A stretch of 64,000 bases of DNA from the IMG/VR virus record IMGVR_UViG_3300042399_002267; one strand, given 5' to 3'. Numbering within the stretch: the first letter of the stretch is position 1; the number at the start of each line of letters is the position of its first letter. Below the pieces are notes generated by a model that saw nothing but the letters and a program-made list of their open reading frames with translations, ran no database searches and was not told where the DNA came from. Made by a program: the position numbers and the translations under genes. Shown one piece after another: positions 25,653 through 36,800 of this stretch. This DNA comes from a virus.

Positions 25653-28600
25653 CTATATAATATTAACTATTTGACTTTCTGACAGTAATCCATAATATTC
25701 ACCATCGTAAGGTGTGATGGTAAAATATATTGCTTGACCTGTTGACAAAAGTGAAGAACCAATACTTGAACCTGTAGACAAAAGTGAATTTGAGACCAAA
25801 TCATACCATTTGACTATAGATTGATCAGAAGAATTGTCAGCATCAGTAAAAGTATAATATGCAGACAAAACACTTGTCCTTATAGTTGAATTATTTACAA
25901 TTGAATTTGTTGATTTTATTTGAACATCTGAAACATATGGAATGTTTTTATCAACCAAAGTAAACGAATCAGATGAATAAACAATTCCAGTTTTAAATCC
26001 ATCATATGGTTGAACTTCTACTTTAACAATGTCACCAGATTCAAAATAATTATTAGCATTATCTAAATCTAAAACTCTTTGTGATAATCTGTTAGCATAA
26101 TTAGGATAACCATTGTTATTATTTATTTCAACAAATCCAGACCCTTTATTTATATACCAAGTAGTTGATGAGCCTTGATCATTGATATCAACATTTGAGC
26201 TAATATCATAATTGACATACATTTGATTTTGTATACTAGGAGAATCATTCGTCACTTGACCATACGCTAAAAGATTAACTTTATTTGATAATAATTGTGG
26301 CGTTGGAACAGACTTATATTCAGAATATTTATTTAGATTCTTAAGAGTGGTGTACTGTAATCCAAAATTGATTGTGTTAGTGCCAGTAACATACTTTTCT
26401 ACTTTTAATCCAATTCTAAAATATTTTGAATTTTGAATATAAATAGTAACAAGATCACTATTTGATAATTTTTTATCAAAAACTACACATCCATTTTTTC
26501 TGTCTAATATATATGTATTTCTTACAATAGAATTATTTACATATATGACAACATCACTATCGTAAACCCATGATCCATTTCTTGCAAAATATGTTTTGTA
26601 ATCAGATGTAGATGTTGATTCACCAAATGCTATGTATCTGTTTCCATCTGCATCAAATTGAATTGATTTTTGCCTAGATGGAAAAATACCATTTCTGCTT
26701 GCAGAGATTAATTCATAATCATTCCAATTTGTTGAATTGCCTCTACATATGCCCCAAGAAACATTGATATTTTCATTATTTGAAATATTTTCTGCTAATA
26801 TATATTCATCTAGAATTCCATCAACTTCATATGCATCAGTAAAATAATACTTGACTGCGGGTGTAGTTTCAACATAATACAGTGAAGTAACACTTGGTAA
26901 AATTCGATCAGTTCCATCCCAGCCTTCAACTAAATTAATTCTAAATTGAATATTAGTAATAAATTTTTTCAAATTATAAGCTGTAGCACTGGATAAAGTT
27001 ATCCAAGATGAATATTTTTTTCTATCAGTGGAAAATCTAAACTCTACCAAACACGATGAACCTGAAGGCTGAGTAAATGTAGAATTAACTGAAGAAATAT
27101 ATTTAGCATCAGAAAAGTCAATATCTCTTGTCCAGGTGCCTCTAAATATTTCATTAGCACCATCGTGTAATAATAAATCTTGTATATCAGACCAATCATT
27201 AGCAGATTGTGCAATATAATATTGACCATTAGAATTAACAACTACTGGCAAATATTTAGCTTGAGATGTTGAATCATTGGTTGAAATAAACAATATCTTG
27301 AATCCCAAACCTGACCAGAATTGACTAGTATATTTTAAATAATTATCTACATCAATAGATTCAAAGTCTGAATTGTCTGTTAATACAATCAATAGAGGAG
27401 TATAAGATTTTGCCCATGTTTCTAACAAAAATTTACTTGCATTTTCACTGTTTGTGATATCAGCAGACGTACCGTCCCAATCATTCAAAAGAGTATTTGA
27501 ATCATAAGTGCTTTGCAAATCAGTCAATCTTAAAGCTGATATATCGTCAAGATAATTAACAATGCTATCAACTGATGAAGTTCCTAAATTCATTTGAACT
27601 ACAGAATCTTGATTCAATGAATTCATACACAAGTTAAGACCTTCTTGTAAATTTTTTGATATACCCTTAGCATTCAATTCATTGATGATTAATTGAACAT
27701 TATTGTATACAGTGGTAAATCTGGATGTCTTTTCTTTTGTAGTATCACCTAACATCCAAACATCAAATGCTGAGAAAGGATATTCTGTTACACCAACAGT
27801 TCTTGTAGTTCTATTCGAAATTTCAGATAAAAGATTACCCAGCCCAGTTTTATATATTGATGATGAGAAATTGCTCATCGAAGTAGTATCGTCAATCAAT
27901 ACTGATACTAAGAATTTGGAATCTAATGTCAGAGAACCATCATCTTTAGACAATGTGCCTAAATGATACCCTTCGTCCCAGTTATTAGTGCCTGAATAAT
28001 AGCCTATTGCAACATTTGTTTCAGATGGTGTTGACAGACCTGCGTAATGAATTTTGAAATAAAAATCATAATCTTCACTTCCGTATAGATTAGCCCAAGA
28101 CCCACTATATTTATATATAGCTTTGCCACTTGTAAATGCAGTATTAGATTTTTTCCATCTCATTACTGAAATACAACTCGAAGATAGAGATTCAGCAATG
28201 ACCAATGCTAAAGTAGTACTTGCAGTCACTGAATAATTAAATTCAAAATTGATAAAATCTTTTCCAACAATTTGTGAAGGAGAGTATGTTGTTGTAGATG
28301 TTGCTACCAGTGTATTTGGTAAACCACCAGACACACTATATAAGTACGCTCTTACTATATTGCCAGTTAAAGAATTTTGATAAAATGGATCAACAATCGT
28401 ATTATCCACATCTAAAAATACACTAACTTTATCTACTGTATCATTAGAACTTCTAGATATAAATGTTTGAGCTAAAAGATTTCCAGCAGTTAGTACGTCT
28501 GAAAATCTAACACTGTTTGTCGGGTGTGAATCAAACAAAACTGGTTCGGAACCATCTGCAGTTTGATTGCCAGATTGATACCAACTATCTCCATCATCGA

Positions 28601-31600
28601 TAGAGTACCAAATACCATTAGAAGTACATGCAATAAGAGCATTTACATCTACAGTTGATAATCCATCCGTGTATGTCGTAGATTCAATTTTCAAATCATT
28701 GACAACTAAAAACTTATTATTGAATCTTTCTGCTGGATAAAAACTATTTCCCTCATCAAAAGATCTATAAACGCCTCTATCAGTACCGATAAATATTTTA
28801 GACTTTCCAGGTTTTATTCCATCTTCTGAATCTGAAGTCGTTAAAACAAAACAATTACAATCGATTCCATCTAAATATTTAGTTTCAATTTCGTAATTAA
28901 TAGAGTTATCAGGGTAACACCATTGCCAATTTTTAATTTTCAACAAACCATTATCAGTTAACACAAACAATGATGTTGGATCCAATTTAGCGGCAGGTAT
29001 TTTTGGCGTTTTAAGTGGTCTAAAGCCTGCTTTGTAATATTTTATATCCGATGGCTTATTAGAACCTAACATTTCTCTAGATATCATTGCTGGAGAAAAT
29101 GTAGAAGTATTGGCAGAATCAATGACCGAATATATTCCATCATTTGTGAATAATAATATTGTATCAATGTAAGATTGAGTATTTGATATTACTTTTATAA
29201 TATTTGTTTTGAGCTGACCATACACTTCGATGCTACTGTCAATATTAGCATTATCAGACTCGAAAGAATTAGTATTGGAAATTGTTCTTACAAAAGAAAA
29301 TCCATCCGACTTACCATAAGATGAATAATTGAAATTACCCCAAACACCTTCATCATAAGAAAACTGCTGCTGAGTAAAAATATTACTTTGAATCCATGTG
29401 CCAGTAGAGCTTCTTGACCATTGTCCTTTTTCAGTTCCTACAATATAAGTGTCATCAAATAATCTTTTAAGATAATTTACAGTTTTGGAATTGTCTAGTA
29501 ATGTTTTTTGAATCCAAGTGCTACCATTGTATTCCCATATACCTTTATCTGTAGCGACAATTAATCCATTCCCATCTTTTGAAAAATTTTCAATTGCATA
29601 CACAGTGACAGGATCTGATATATCTTCAGTTGGGGCAAATTCTGTTCTAAATGTAATTTCTGAGTTTGTGTCGTCAAGCACTGAATTATTATCAAAATCA
29701 GAAATTAATTTGATATTTTTTAAGCCTCTTGAATCTGATTGAGCAAATGGTGCTGAAGGCAATACATCAAATATTCCACTTACATTATCTTCCAAAGAAA
29801 GTGCAAGCTGCAAAGTATTAAGATTATTCAAAGAAGTTAGATTGTATGGTAACTTACTCTTGATTTTATATAGATCAGTTTCTATAGATGGTGATATGCC
29901 AGATTTAACAGAATAAACTTCGGATCCAGAAATGAAAGTTATATTGGAAACATCTGTTCTTGCAAAATTCAAAGTAACTTCAACTGGATTTTTAGTGTTA
30001 TCAATTGAATCCACATAAAGAATTTCTTCATTAACTCCATCAGTTACTAATAAAATGTCAGTAGAACTTACAACAGTTGATGTTAAATACAAAATCATAT
30101 CGTTGGGCGAAAAATCTTGGAATAATTTTGATACAGCAATGTTAGATTTTTTATTTACAGACAAGATTTCATTATGATTTCGTTGCCCAACATTTGATAG
30201 ATATGGATTATTTCTTGCTATAGAAACTTTGACATTGTTTATATATTGAAGGCTTATTGAATTGATAAATCTTATTAGTCCAATTGTATTATCTGTTGTG
30301 TAAGGAATGTTAGATGGTATAGAATTTATATAAACAGTAACTCTTGGTTTGTTCAATACAGAATAATTCCAAGGTTCTATATAAAAATCTTTATATTCTC
30401 TTTCATATAAAAATACTTCTCCAAAATCTTGAGAAGAAGTAAACTCTACAAGTTGAAAATTGTTATAAAAATTATAATTTGAAACAATGTTTGAATTAAT
30501 ATCAAATACAGCCAACTCATCATTTGATAAAATCATATTTTCAATTCTTATCCAAGGCTGAGAATCTATGTTGGCTACATTGTTTATTGATTCCCACAAA
30601 AAGTCAGTGTTTTGATATAAACCATTTGTCGTAGATACAATAGTTATCCCATCTGAAGTTGAATTATTATAACTTGTAATAGAATTAACATTTCCCATAT
30701 ATGGAGCGTCAAATATTAATTCTTTTGTAGATGGTAATTGTCCATATGCTCCAGATTCAGTGATAAGAGCTAGACCTTCAGAATGTGCAATAATATATTG
30801 TTTAGTTACCTGATTTGAATCTTTTTCAATAACAGTTTTTATCTGCGGGGTAACTCCATAAGTGGTTGTTGACACATTGTAAATAGCAGCATAATAAATA
30901 TCCCAGATTATATTGCTAGTACCCAATACATAAGAACTTTGATATCTAATGAACCATGCTGAATTTGCATTCGTATTGCCATTTTCAACTATTGCATATT
31001 TACAATAAATTATTTCAGAGCTTGAATTTAAATCAGAAGCTCTAGACCACGCACTAACAGATGCAATATATATTCCATTTTCACTTGCATTGGTTTGGTT
31101 TTTGACTAAAACTCTGTCACCAGCAGAAATTGCATATCCATCTATTGTGCTGAGACCAGACAATGTAATATTTTCTACAGTTGCACAAATACAATTGGTG
31201 TATGAACCAGCATTGATAGAAAAAGGTAAATCCCAATATTTATTTGATTCAAAATCATTATATTGAGCTGTATGGGTTATATATACTGTTGAATTATTCC
31301 ACCAAATAATATTATTTTTATCAACATTATTTGTACCAGATTTGATCCAAGTGATTCCCCTAACTGTGCCAGAAAATTTCTCTTGAATACTTTTGTATGT
31401 TCCAGCATAAAGACCATTAGATCCAACATAAATAGATCTATCGTAAAGTACTAAATCTTGTTCTCCTGCAACAATATCCCTGTTTTCTGTGACAATCTCA
31501 GTTACAGTATTGACATTACTAATTGAAGATATAATATTTCCACTAATGTCTTTTATTTCATTTACTTTAGAATATTCCCAATTTTCATCAGCTGTATTTT

Positions 31601-33806
31601 CTAAAATTCTTGCTGAATAAAGACCACTATCTGTAACAGCATATAAATATGTATAGTATTCAAAAATATTTACATCAGTTTGAATTTTATCAGTGGAAAC
31701 ATAAAAATCATTTACAAATATTTTTGATCCATTTGAATCTAATGGTGATTTTTGTATGTTCCAAGATTTGGATAATAAGCTAGTTTTATAAATATTTCCA
31801 AAATTTGTCAATACATAAGTTTCTTGAAAATAATTGGTTAAATCAGATGTCAAAAGATTGTCTAAAATTTTAGATGGAAATCCATAATCAGAATAATAAT
31901 TGGAAACGTTTTTTATATTTTTGAAAGTATTATCACTTTGGAACATTCCATCATTAGTTCCATAAATAAATGTATTCAAATTTAAAGATTGGTATACACT
32001 TATGACATTGGTATTATATTGTAAATCAGATAATGTATTTTCTGGGTAATAGAATTTTCTTCCAGGAGTTTGAACTAAATATTTACTTGGACTAAAATTT
32101 GCTGTAGTGTTAAAAACAAAATCTGAGTTGTGGTCAAGATTTTTTATCTTTGATTGACTTAAAGTACCTTTGCTAAATTTAGATGCATCAATATTAATTT
32201 TAGAACCATCTAAACTATTGATAACTTCGTTGCCAATTGAATCAACAATCACTTCTACATCTTGAACATTGTAAGAAGCAATTGATGGTACAACTGAACT
32301 AAATACAATACTTCCTGAGTCTGGATCTAATGTGTAGTAATTATCTTGCTGAACTAAAGATAATATTTGCACTTCTCCAGGCAAATATTGAAATCTGTTC
32401 CATGAAAAGTTTTTATAGACAGAAGAGCTTGAACCATTTCTATATTCTAAAGTTCCATCAGTCAATTGGTAATAAACACTATGAGATAAAGATCCAGTAA
32501 TTTTATTACCACTAGAATCAATGATAAACAATGATTTTTGATTTACATTTAAAAGAGTGATAGATAATTTCTTATTTGATTCAATACTATTCTTTAAAAA
32601 TATTTTGCAAGGAGTTGACTCAAAGTCAATCACATAGTCATTTTCAGAAAGTAAAACATTATCTAAATAAACTTTTGGTATTCCATAAGTAGATGAATAA
32701 ACAAAATCTGTATCATCGCTATTCTTTAGGATGAAAATTGTTGATGCTAAATCAGTTACAGAATTGTAATTATTTACACAATTAACAATGGTAGATGTTG
32801 ATAAGTTAATTTGTGTTGGATTTGAAATATTTCCTAAATGTTTATGAGTCAAATAACTTTTTCTTAATGACTCTTGAAACTCTCCAGCTAAATCACTTAA
32901 GTTTTGTTTTCTGTCTTCATAAGATATGGTATTGACTGTTGGAAAATTATAAAGTATTGAGGTAGACCCGCATGAAACTGTAGCAAGATAAGTTACATTA
33001 TTTCTAAGGTCATAATTTGAATCAGGAGGGAAAGGACAGGATATTTTGCATATCTCATCCTTTTTAGTACCAATTAAAGATTCTGCCCAAACAAAATATT
33101 CATTGGACTTGGTCAATCTAAAATAATTATTTACTTCAGTTTTTGCAGCAAAAGAATCTACAATTCCGTAACCGGGAAGTACTTTAATACATTGCTTAAA
33201 TGCATCGTCAAAATATAAACTTGTAGTACCTAATGTAAACGCAATTCCAGAGATAGTACCTAACCAAACTGTTGATGTATTAGCAGATCCACCAGAAACA
33301 TAAACTACAAAATTTGAGTTATATTTTGTTGAAGAATCTAGTACAGAGTCTCTTGTCCAAGTTCCATTTGTTCCAGAACCTAAAGTTGATACGTAATAAA
33401 CACCATTTTGCGATGCCGTAGATTGACTTTTGACTAATATTTTGTCATTTACAGAAAGACTAATGCCATCTAAAGTATTAGGTGCTCCACCGGAAAGGCT
33501 CACATTAGTCGTAGTTCCAGCTGCACAAATATTTTGAGATGAAAAACTCAACCCTAATGAAACAAATCTTTGAGCAGTGTCACTTGAAAAATTATTTAAG
33601 TAGTTTGATATTAAGCTTAATTGATCAGATCTGTTTTCAGTTAATTTTTCAACTGTCCAGCCATCAATTACTCCAGAACCAACAAAATCAAACGAACGTT
33701 TAAGTTCGTTTTCAATTGTGAGCATATTTTCATAATCAAAACCTGGAAACCATTTATCGCCAAATTTTGAATATAAAAAATTATATACAGATGTCCTATC
33801 AGCCAT
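25653..33806 (-). CDS. Giant (2717 aa) tail-fibre/baseplate-like protein
   Basis: The N-terminal attachment-like region is shared with the 1229-aa gene. It has two VLVK(N/S)Q...NG(I/V)Y modules, beta-propeller segments with Asp-boxes (YRSFDEG, YSIDDGDSW), a vWA-like segment, and two C-terminal Ig-like repeats (PYDG). Confidence 0.65.
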   Translation of the reverse strand: MADRTSVYNFLYSKFGDKWFPGFDYENMLTIENELKRSFDFVGSGVIDGWTVEKLTENRSDQLSLISNYLNNFSSDTAQRFVSLGLSFSSQNICAAGTTTNVSLSGGAPNTLDGISLSVNDKILVKSQSTASQNGVYYVSTLGSGTNGTWTRDSVLDSSTKYNSNFVVYVSGGSANTSTVWLGTISGIAFTLGTTSLYFDDAFKQCIKVLPGYGIVDSFAAKTEVNNYFRLTKSNEYFVWAESLIGTKKDEICKISCPFPPDSNYDLRNNVTYLATVSCGSTSILYNFPTVNTISYEDRKQNLSDLAGEFQESLRKSYLTHKHLGNISNPTQINLSTSTIVNCVNNYNSVTDLASTIFILKNSDDTDFVYSSTYGIPKVYLDNVLLSENDYVIDFESTPCKIFLKNSIESNKKLSITLLNVNQKSLFIIDSSGNKITGSLSHSVYYQLTDGTLEYRNGSSSSVYKNFSWNRFQYLPGEVQILSLVQQDNYYTLDPDSGSIVFSSVVPSIASYNVQDVEVIVDSIGNEVINSLDGSKINIDASKFSKGTLSQSKIKNLDHNSDFVFNTTANFSPSKYLVQTPGRKFYYPENTLSDLQYNTNVISVYQSLNLNTFIYGTNDGMFQSDNTFKNIKNVSNYYSDYGFPSKILDNLLTSDLTNYFQETYVLTNFGNIYKTSLLSKSWNIQKSPLDSNGSKIFVNDFYVSTDKIQTDVNIFEYYTYLYAVTDSGLYSARILENTADENWEYSKVNEIKDISGNIISSISNVNTVTEIVTENRDIVAGEQDLVLYDRSIYVGSNGLYAGTYKSIQEKFSGTVRGITWIKSGTNNVDKNNIIWWNNSTVYITHTAQYNDFESNKYWDLPFSINAGSYTNCICATVENITLSGLSTIDGYAISAGDRVLVKNQTNASENGIYIASVSAWSRASDLNSSSEIIYCKYAIVENGNTNANSAWFIRYQSSYVLGTSNIIWDIYYAAIYNVSTTTYGVTPQIKTVIEKDSNQVTKQYIIAHSEGLALITESGAYGQLPSTKELIFDAPYMGNVNSITSYNNSTSDGITIVSTTNGLYQNTDFLWESINNVANIDSQPWIRIENMILSNDELAVFDINSNIVSNYNFYNNFQLVEFTSSQDFGEVFLYEREYKDFYIEPWNYSVLNKPRVTVYINSIPSNIPYTTDNTIGLIRFINSISLQYINNVKVSIARNNPYLSNVGQRNHNEILSVNKKSNIAVSKLFQDFSPNDMILYLTSTVVSSTDILLVTDGVNEEILYVDSIDNTKNPVEVTLNFARTDVSNITFISGSEVYSVKSGISPSIETDLYKIKSKLPYNLTSLNNLNTLQLALSLEDNVSGIFDVLPSAPFAQSDSRGLKNIKLISDFDNNSVLDDTNSEITFRTEFAPTEDISDPVTVYAIENFSKDGNGLIVATDKGIWEYNGSTWIQKTLLDNSKTVNYLKRLFDDTYIVGTEKGQWSRSSTGTWIQSNIFTQQQFSYDEGVWGNFNYSSYGKSDGFSFVRTISNTNSFESDNANIDSSIEVYGQLKTNIIKVISNTQSYIDTILLFTNDGIYSVIDSANTSTFSPAMISREMLGSNKPSDIKYYKAGFRPLKTPKIPAAKLDPTSLFVLTDNGLLKIKNWQWCYPDNSINYEIETKYLDGIDCNCFVLTTSDSEDGIKPGKSKIFIGTDRGVYRSFDEGNSFYPAERFNNKFLVVNDLKIESTTYTDGLSTVDVNALIACTSNGIWYSIDDGDSWYQSGNQTADGSEPVLFDSHPTNSVRFSDVLTAGNLLAQTFISRSSNDTVDKVSVFLDVDNTIVDPFYQNSLTGNIVRAYLYSVSGGLPNTLVATSTTTYSPSQIVGKDFINFEFNYSVTASTTLALVIAESLSSSCISVMRWKKSNTAFTSGKAIYKYSGSWANLYGSEDYDFYFKIHYAGLSTPSETNVAIGYYSGTNNWDEGYHLGTLSKDDGSLTLDSKFLVSVLIDDTTSMSNFSSSIYKTGLGNLLSEISNRTTRTVGVTEYPFSAFDVWMLGDTTKEKTSRFTTVYNNVQLIINELNAKGISKNLQEGLNLCMNSLNQDSVVQMNLGTSSVDSIVNYLDDISALRLTDLQSTYDSNTLLNDWDGTSADITNSENASKFLLETWAKSYTPLLIVLTDNSDFESIDVDNYLKYTSQFWSGLGFKILFISTNDSTSQAKYLPVVVNSNGQYYIAQSANDWSDIQDLLLHDGANEIFRGTWTRDIDFSDAKYISSVNSTFTQPSGSSCLVEFRFSTDRKKYSSWITLSSATAYNLKKFITNIQFRINLVEGWDGTDRILPSVTSLYYVETTPAVKYYFTDAYEVDGILDEYILAENISNNENINVSWGICRGNSTNWNDYELISASRNGIFPSRQKSIQFDADGNRYIAFGESTSTSDYKTYFARNGSWVYDSDVVIYVNNSIVRNTYILDRKNGCVVFDKKLSNSDLVTIYIQNSKYFRIGLKVEKYVTGTNTINFGLQYTTLKNLNKYSEYKSVPTPQLLSNKVNLLAYGQVTNDSPSIQNQMYVNYDISSNVDINDQGSSTTWYINKGSGFVEINNNNGYPNYANRLSQRVLDLDNANNYFESGDIVKVEVQPYDGFKTGIVYSSDSFTLVDKNIPYVSDVQIKSTNSIVNNSTIRTSVLSAYYTFTDADNSSDQSIVKWYDLVSNSLLSTGSSIGSSLLSTGQAIYFTITPYDGEYYGLLSESQIVNII

Positions 33807-33812
33807 ATTTAC

Positions 33813-36800
33813 CTACAAGGTTGGCATGAATTTAATATCATCACTGCCAATATCAAGTTGAACTGCAAAATCATAAACTACAGAAGGATTGTTTCCTACA
33901 GATGTAAACAATATTCCAAATTTAATTTTATTAGATGGTGTATCTAACTCAAATGACTTATTTGGTGTGATAGGAGTGTATTTATTAAAATCATAAATAT
34001 CAGCGGTACTATCACTTGTTATATATCCATATGTTATAGTTCCATTATTTAAGAGCTCATTACTAGTAAGCAATCCTCTTTTTATAGTTGGAGAATTTGT
34101 ATTGTAGTCAGATGTATCAAAAATCTTTGTGAAATAATAACTTGCAGTTCCAGCTACATATGTAATTGTAGTAGAAATTACTTCGGGTGAAATATTTTTT
34201 GTTGCAGATATTAGTTCAAACTTATACTGTAACCATTTTCCATTATAAGATGCAATGTTAGCTGACAATGTTGAAAAAGGTGGGGTGCCTGTGTCATTGT
34301 TAATATAAGATTCTTCAGTTACAAGTTCCCATGTATTATTTAAACACTCTGTTCTTGTGTCGCCACTTCTTACGTAAATCTTAACTGCAGTACCAGAATC
34401 TAGCCCTTCAAGTACCACACCATCCAGTAAATTCAATTGATATTTGTTTGTTACTAATGTAGTAAGAGTTGACCATTTAACAAGTGTAGGCACAAAGAAT
34501 GGCTGCGATTCATAAATTCCAGATTCTCTAACTTGCCTGTCTGGACCATAAATCGCATAGTCTCTAGCATTGGGTGTGTAAATTACTCTCGTATCTAAAG
34601 AATAATCATCATTCTTCTTAATCTGATAGATTTTTCCATTTGCCTCATACAGCTCTTGAGAAATTTTATCTGTCAAAATATCATATGTATTTCCAGAAGA
34701 ATCAACAGTTATACCATGAATATTTCCAGCTTCGTCTTTAAATCTTACATAAACATTTCTTACTTTAGATTCATAAGGTACGGGATCAAATGAATAAACA
34801 GCGCCATCACTGCCTACTCCATAATATGATGTAGAAGATTGTAAAATATTTTTGATTGCATTTGATCTTACAAACTGACTTGCAGGCACAACTTGATATC
34901 CTAGAGTTCCTGTAGTGTCATTCCACAAAAGCTTCAACGATGGAGTTGTCGAATTTGAAACAAAAGCATCTAAGTCAAAATCTATCAAATCATTTTCAGC
35001 CACTGTGAATGTGCGATTTGAAACCAAGCTTTGATCAGAGCTGATTACTGTTGAACCAAAACTACTTGTTACTGCAGTTCCGCTAAGGTTCAAAGTCAAC
35101 CCCATGTTTGATATTGTTTTAAAACTATAAACTGCATCTTTTTCAGCTTTTATAGCTCCTTGTAATCTAACTCTAGAGGAAGATCCAAACCCAGACAATG
35201 AAAAATCATTGTAATTTATAGCATCTGCTTGCAAACTCAAGGTCTGATATGTAAAAGATTCTGTGTCAGAAACATCAGCACTATAAGATGTTGAATAATT
35301 GTTGAATTTTTTCCATGTTTTGTTCAAATTTGATACTGTCTTGTCAAAGGCAGTAATAGTTTTGAAAGTATCTAAAGATTTTATATAAACAGAAGTTTTC
35401 GCATCTGCTGCAATAAACAAATATTCACCAGTTGTGTCATCAGATATTGAATATATATGATCTGAATTAACATCATGAATTTTTCTCCATGATGTGGGAA
35501 GAGAATTTACAAATGGTAATTCCCAAATTTCTCCGCCCCTAAATCCAGCAACCATCGAAGTTCTTGCTGTTGATGGGGACAAAACTTCAACATTATCAAA
35601 AGTTGAAGATAATGTTTGTGTCCAATCATTTCCATCATATTTGTAAATTGAAGATGAAGATGATCCAAAAACATTTCCTAAACCTGCAAAAAGATTAAAT
35701 TTATATGCAGAAAGAGAAGAAACAAATTCATAATCGGCAAAATCTTTAAGAGATTCTATAGAAAATCCATCAAAAACATAAACTGTAGAACTTGTTGATG
35801 TTCCCTTAGAAGTGCCAATAAACAATTTATCACCAAGAACACCTAGTGATTTTATAGGTTTTATGGCTTTTGAATTAGGTCTACTCAAAGGATCTACAGC
35901 ATTTACAACAGTCCAAAAGTCTCCTGAATAAGATGAATATAAATACCCATTAGAAGTACCTAAATAAACCTTATTTTTGTAAACAGTAAGGCAAGTAATC
36001 TGGGAAGTACTACTTACAATTTGATCATTTGTTGTTTCTAATATAATTCCGTCTGAAAAAGTAAATACTTTGTTATTTGATGCTAAAATTATTTTTCCAT
36101 TAAAATTTATTGAAGCTAAGATATCACTTGTCGCCTCATTATTTTGTTTTTTGAAAGCATTTGATAAAGATGTAATGTTCCAGTTTACAAAATCTGTTTT
36201 GCCATCTTGAAAACCTATATATCCTGCAACATCAGCATTGGGAAAATATTTAGCATCCCTGAAATCAGAATAGTGTGAAATTTGAGCCTGCGTCACACTT
36301 GAAGTTTCATCAACAGCTGCAACAGTCAATGTTCCTAATTGATCTACTGTGAAATAGTCACCCTTGTAAACAAGTCGCATTTCAACTATTTCAATTGGAG
36401 TTTCAAAAGTATAAACAAAATAGTCTGTTGTTGTAGAATCACACAAGGTATCAAATACTTTTTGCCAATTTCCATCAACAGATGTCTTTATTTCTAATAC
36501 ATAATTTTTAGGTTTTGATGCTGTAGCTCCGATTACAATTTTTGAAATAGTTGGATAAATGTCATTTACTGGATTTGTTAAATCTTCACTAGTTTTATTG
36601 AGTTTTTTCAAAATATAATTTGAGTTTTTATCACCAAATAATTCGTACTTTTGCAGTGTAGAATCAGAACCAAAATATTGAGCATCTCTCACTGGTTTTT
36701 CAAATATATCTAAAATAATGTCTGTTGAGCCTAAAGGAGATTCAGTAATATTTGAACTTACGATTTTATAATATGCTGTTCTATTTTCAAACAGTGAATA

